From the human T2T-CHM13v2.0 reference genome, Homo sapiens: 64,000 bases of DNA. Every line of letters starts with the position of its first letter. Positions within the stretch are counted from its first letter, which is position 1. The stretch lies in the NCBI RefSeq assembly GCF_009914755.1, contig NC_060947.1. One strand, 5' to 3'. The translations under genes were made by a program, and so were the position numbers. The notes beneath the pieces were generated by a model. It saw nothing but the letters and a program-made list of their open reading frames with translations. It did no database searches and was not told the DNA's origin. This document shows, one piece after another, positions 58,124-64,000 of the stretch.

Positions 58124-59481
58124 GCAAACTTGTAATTTAAAAAAATAAAATGTTGCTATGCATTTACTTATAAATTATTAAATGCCTCTAATATTGTTAT
58201 CTTCTTTCTAGAAGTCCTCTCCCAACTTATTCTGGTGTTATTGGCATGGAAATTGTGCTCAATAAATGAGTCAGTCAAAATAGACTTGTTCATTTGAGGG
58301 GACAATTTTTGTCTGTTATCTCTCTATTGATTTCTGTTGCTACAAGTGAAGTTACACCAGGTAAATGAGATTGTACGCATGGCAGATGATTTATGAAATC
58401 CAAGTATTGTTTTAAGTGTAATTATATTTATTTCGGCAACATTTCGACCAATGAAATACCATTTGACCTGCTATACCGTGGATAAATCTTGAGATGCACA
58501 TCTTTTGTGAGTAATATATTAAAGATTGTTAGGCAAAAAATAAACCCTAAGGAAGTTTTTAAAAATGTTAAGATGTTGATGTTGGCAGTAGAACAAACTC
58601 ATTGGGAGAAAAAAAAACAGCTTCATCTAGTTAATTAACAACAAAACAGCTGGGAAAATGAATCATCCCTGGTTGTGACTGACTGTAATTGAAAATGACT
58701 AATGATGCTGTCATTTTGCAGTTCATATCTGAGGAAATGATGCCTGGAAGATTATAATTGCCCTCTTGACCATTTGTCTACAGCAATTATTTTGTGTTAA
58801 AGGTTGGGATGGAACCCTTTGGCCAAATACAGAAAGTTCCTCACACCTTTTTCTGTTACATTGAAAAATAATTCAAGAGCAGTAAGTAAAACATATTACT
58901 AGGTTTGTGTAAGTAACATTTTTTGATAATATAAAAAGTTAGCAAAGCAAACCAGCTGGCTTCATTTTATCACTTTAGAAAGTAACCAAGACATTTAAAA
59001 TTCCATTAATGCTCTCAGTTCTAATACATGGCAGGTGATGTAAGCATTGAAAGTACATAAACATATTTTTAAAAGTTAACTGAAAGTGTAGTTTTCCAAC
59101 TTAAGTTAAAAATGAGTATGAATACAAGAAAATGGCACCTAAATGCTTAAGCTCAAGACAGTTAAAAATACAATTTTATAATAAAAATCAAATAACAAAT
59201 GGCTTCTTTTGTAGTTTATATTGTTGTTACTGATAGCAGTTGTTTTTGCTGCTTTTAAACTGCTAAATGGGGTGCTATTGAGGACCTAGTTATTACTGTG
59301 TGGAAAAATGGAACACATTAAACACTATTTCATCTATGGCATTAATGTAATATATTATACCAAAACTATAACTTTAGCAAAATTTTAAACAATTTATATA
59401 ACTCATATAGTCAGTCTTCAGTAATTTCTGAAGTTAAGATGAAGAAATAACATACAAATAAATAAAAGTATGTGTGTAGAT

Positions 59482-59565
59482 GGGGGAGGAAGGGGGAGAG
59501 AGAGAGAGAGAGAGGGAGAGAGGGAGAGAGGGAGAGAGGGAGAGAGTGGAGAGGGAGGGAGGGAA

Positions 59566-59596
<31 letters not shown>

Positions 59597-59607
59597 GAGA
59601 AAGAGAG
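59482..59607 (+). repeat. Polypurine (GA)n/(GGGA)n tract, ~125 bp
   Basis: Almost uninterrupted purines on the plus strand. Confidence 0.95.
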
Positions 59608-60608
59608 TTGAAGTGCTAAACAAAGATGGAGAGGTATTTGATCATACGATCCTAAGATTTTTCCAGTTATTTTGCAGCAGAGATTAGTACTACCTATACG
59701 TCATTAGTATTATCATTTCATAATATGTATTTGACCTTTTACAGGAAGTCCTCAAAGAAAATAAAGAAGTTGGTTAGTCAGAGATTTTAAAAAAGAAACC
59801 AGAAATATACCATCTTTGAAAATAAAAGAAATCTTAAAGAAGTTGACGAAGTGAAGGAAAGAAGAAAGAGGAAAGAAACTGAGCAGGGATGAACCCAGCT
59901 TCCAATCAGAACTCAGCTTGGGAGGTGAGCGTAGGAGCTGGACAGACAGGCTGTCTGATGCAGAATGCGGAGGTGCCAATAGACAAGTCAATTTCCTAAG
60001 AAACAGAATTGTTCCCTGATGTGTCTTTAATTAGAATGTTTGTAAGCGGTGGACACACTAATTATGCATTTAAATACTAGATCTTGCATATACATCGTGA
60101 GAGATTTTCATTTTCTTTTTAAAGAATATCATTTTCTTCATAATTATTACAGTTTCCAAATGCACCTCCCCCAAAAAACAAAAACAGAAACACAATTCTC
60201 TCATGAAAATGTGCTGCAGGCTACTCAGACTCATTTCCTCTTCTATTAAGAGGTAACAAGACCCAGAGTGAAGAAGAGGCATTATAAATAGGACAAATTT
60301 TAAATTTTGATATATGGACTCAAAGTTTAAAAAGGCTTTGTTCACGTTCTATCAGAGCAATGGAGTGTCCTTCAGAAAAATCATCTCTAACCTTTAAAAA
60401 TAAATTTTTGATCCATGCAGAGATTTAAACAGCCCTCACAGCTTTCTGCCTTGTATTGCTGGGTGTCATGTTCAAAACTGTGAGGTCATTTTTTGAGCCT
60501 CTAGGTGTTTCAGGCTACCGCAAACCCCAGCTAATCTTCAGATGTTTCCAAGGTCATGGTCCACAGCAAAAGTTGTGCGTGAGTCAACTATTTTTTTAAA
60601 CCCCATAA

Positions 60609-60949
<341 letters not shown>

Positions 60950-62923
60950 TGATATGTTGATTTTTCTCCAAATCCAAGGGAGAAATGGGAAAACAGGAAT
61001 AAATTTTCCCTTAAGTTCAGCTTCTCCCAGTGTGTCAAATTGAGAGAAAATAGGGAAACAGGGAAGGAGAAAAAAAAAAAGGAAGGAAAAGAACAGTGCT
61101 GTCTGCTACAAAAATGGTTTTAAGGGTTGTGAAAGAGAAGGAAAGCAACAGCTCCTGGTTCTTTCTTTTTATTTCAGAAAAGTAATTCTCCTTTTACATC
61201 ACTAATGCATCAGCAGGAAGCAGATATGCTCAGGCATGGCAGATCCCAGTTCTGATCTCCAAGTGGCCCAGTAGTTGAGTGTGTGGGTGGAGGTGCGATA
61301 AGTTAGCATCAAGCATTTGGATTGTTTTATACATAATGAAAGCAAAAATTTTCTCAGTGGCTTTTAATTAAGATCTCTCTCTCTCTCTTTTACAAAGGCA
61401 CAAAAGTAAAAGCCAAATTACATGTACCTTTGTGATCTCTAACAATTAGTGACAAACCTTAATTCATAGTCATACACCATAAGGCATAAAGTCTTTGAGG
61501 ATCAACAAAGAGTAGATAGAAACGTATGCAATTGTCCATTTGTGCACTGCATGGCTTGCTACAATGAAAGTCACCATATTAACTGCTCTGAGGGCTGGCT
61601 TTCTTCAGAACATCAACGGAAACTCTGAAATTTGCTGCTTTCAGGACTTTGCCTAGCTCTTCCAACTAAATACTGAGCACATTGTTAGCTTATGAAAAAT
61701 GATTATACTGGGCTTGAACTGGATACAAACTACTTTTCTAGATTTTTGGAGTGGTTGCAATATATTTCTGAATAAATGTATGTTGATATCTACAGAGAAA
61801 CCTGTGATTTTCAGTGTCTGGTGTTTGGACATTAAGCTCAGGTGCAAACTTCAACTTTACCTAAGGAAAAGTCTCTTGTAAGCTGTAAGGAAAACAAACA
61901 ATCTTCTAGAAATGAAGCTTGGGCCAAGCGCAAGGGAAACTAAGCAGCGACCTTAGAGACAGAATCTAAGTCATGGTAATGTTGTTTGCAAGGACAAACT
62001 GGTTCTGTATAATGAGGTTATTGACCTGAACTGTTTTCAAGCAGTTTTAAACATGAGGACGAGGTTCATTGTATCCAAGCCTGCAACATTAACTGAGAAA
62101 CCAAGACTGATCAATAAACAGCCATGATTACAGGATCTCAGGAACCTTCATCATAATGGGAGCCATTATAATTCTGGTCAGGTACAGAGAATCAGGTAAC
62201 CTACTGCTAACGTATATTTAGCACTGGACTCTCATTTGCAAATGGAAGCCATTGATTAGCTATTTTTTGAAAACTGACCTGGCTTTCCATCTCCCTCCTT
62301 ATGTAATAGCCTGTGAATAAATGTGACCTAGACTTCAACATGGATATGGAGAAGAAAAAAAAGTAGAAAGGTTTATCCCAGGCCAGCTTTTTGCCAAAGA
62401 AATAAGCAATTACATGACATTTCACTAAAAATTCTTGACCCAATAAAATACTGAAGCCTCAATGCCGATTTTACTCTTTTATAAGAAAGAGCAACAAAGA
62501 AAAGAAAGGTCACGGACCATATTGTGATTCTTTACAGCTGTTGGAGACAGACACTATGATGCAGTAGCTTGATTTGAATTAAACCAAACAATATGAAAAG
62601 CATCAAGGCTGGCAAGCAAAGCAATAAAGCCCCAAAGAATTTAATCTACCTTGAAGGTGGGACTACTTTTGTATTGATGGCAGCACACCAGGACAGAAAT
62701 GAGTCCTTTAAAGCAATGACTCGTTAATAGCCTTAAGATCACAATATATAAATAGGATATGCTGATCAAAAAGACAGCTTTGCCTCTGCTATTACAGTAT
62801 GGCCAGTATTTCCTTACAAGTTATTTCACTGATTATAAATAGTCCACGTCAATGGCAAATGTACAACAGGGGAAGCATAACCCATTATGAGGTAATGGAT
62901 ATTGCTAGAGGTTGCTTCATTAC

Positions 62924-63025
62924 CTTCACTGGCTGAGTGGCTGGTTTTTCCTTGTACAAATGCTGCCCTTTAGACAAAATCTCTTCCACATCCGGTTGTT
63001 TAGCTTGAACTGCTATTTCAGTTTC
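62924..63025 (-). CDS. DMD: Dystrophin exon 49 (102 nt, symmetric phase 0-0; spectrin-like repeat 19)
   Basis: Translates ETEIAVQAKQPDVEEILSKGQHLYKEKPATQPVK. Acceptor ttttccccag|GAAACT and donor GTGAAG|gtaatg. Confidence 0.99.
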
Positions 63026-64000
63026 CTGGGGAAAAGAACCCATATAGTGCAGATTAACTTCACAGTTAGCAATAAAATTACTAAATTTAAATATACCCTT
63101 GGAGACTCCACATGTATTGCAGATCAATTTCTGCCTGGTACATAAGGGCACAAAAATGTAGCTTTTGGTGCAGAGAAAAGAAACAGAGATGTGAAACACA
63201 TTAAACTTAAAAAAAATTCATCCAATATCTTCTTGAATTATATAATACTCATATAGAAACACAGGCATTAACTACTTTTCAAAAAAGTAAAATGCAATAA
63301 TGACAATACAATTTATTAACATAATTTATATGAATAAACACTAGTTTTAGCTACAATAATCTCAATAATCCTAATGTTCATTTTACTTTATACACTTCTT
63401 GTTTTACAAAATTCTGTGTTTAGTATTGGATATAAATTTTGTTTTGAAATAAATATCAAATAATTATTTCTACATCACTGTCAAAATTATTTTCTTTCCA
63501 AAGGGTAAACACTTAAAGCACAGTATCAAAGCTTATTATTTATTAATGAGTCAAACAGGCCTTCTGAAGAACGATTAATTTTGTTTATTATTTGCTTTTC
63601 TTCAGTCTGGAGAAGGCTGAAGCATGACAAAAAAAAATCCTTCAGGTATATGAATATAAGCATTTTGTTACTGTCTGCTGACTAGCTCTCTTGATGAGAC
63701 GACAAAAGAATTGTGCAGAAATTGAAGCTGAAGGAAGTGAAGTTAAATATTACAGAAGACTTTTTGGATGGAACACTTGTTAAACACTAGGATAGAGTAT
63801 CAATTAATCAATGTCAGGCATCAGTCAGGGCCTGGGCAATCTTCCCCAGAGAGCAGCTCCTGATTAACCCGTATCTCTCTTCCTCCCTCCCCTACCCCGG
63901 AGCCTCCCAGCACTGCTGTGTTTAAGTGTCTCCGTGCCACTGTTTCCTTCGTATACTGTGTTTGTACCTGTTCCCTCTCAGTTCATTAGTAGGAAATCCC

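Overview
Human (or near-identical great ape) X-chromosome genomic DNA from the dystrophin gene DMD, which is transcribed on the minus strand. The window holds exon 51 (130-362), intron 50 (45.8 kb), exon 50 (46188-46296), intron 49 (16.6 kb), exon 49 (62924-63025) and the edges of introns 51 and 48. This lies within the exon 45-55 deletion hotspot. Only 444 nt are coding. The rest is intron filled with Alu, L1, L2, MIR, MaLR/ERV LTRs, DNA transposons and microsatellites, including the diagnostic markers STR49 and STR50. Nearly all entries in the ORF track are chance or repeat-derived. I see no prokaryote-type novel system. The most interesting observations are: (1) a complete two-LTR THE1 element in DMD-sense orientation whose LTRs keep a DUX4-type motif, TATA, splice donor and poly(A) signal upstream of the Dp140 start codon; (2) a ~120 bp local templated duplication; (3) a fold-back repair scar inside an AluJ; (4) a TSD-flanked L1 with its RT region deleted; (5) an exon 51 acceptor one substitution away from a stop-creating cryptic site. 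Repeat subfamily names are from recall of consensus sequences, not a database search, and boundaries of old repeats are approximate.
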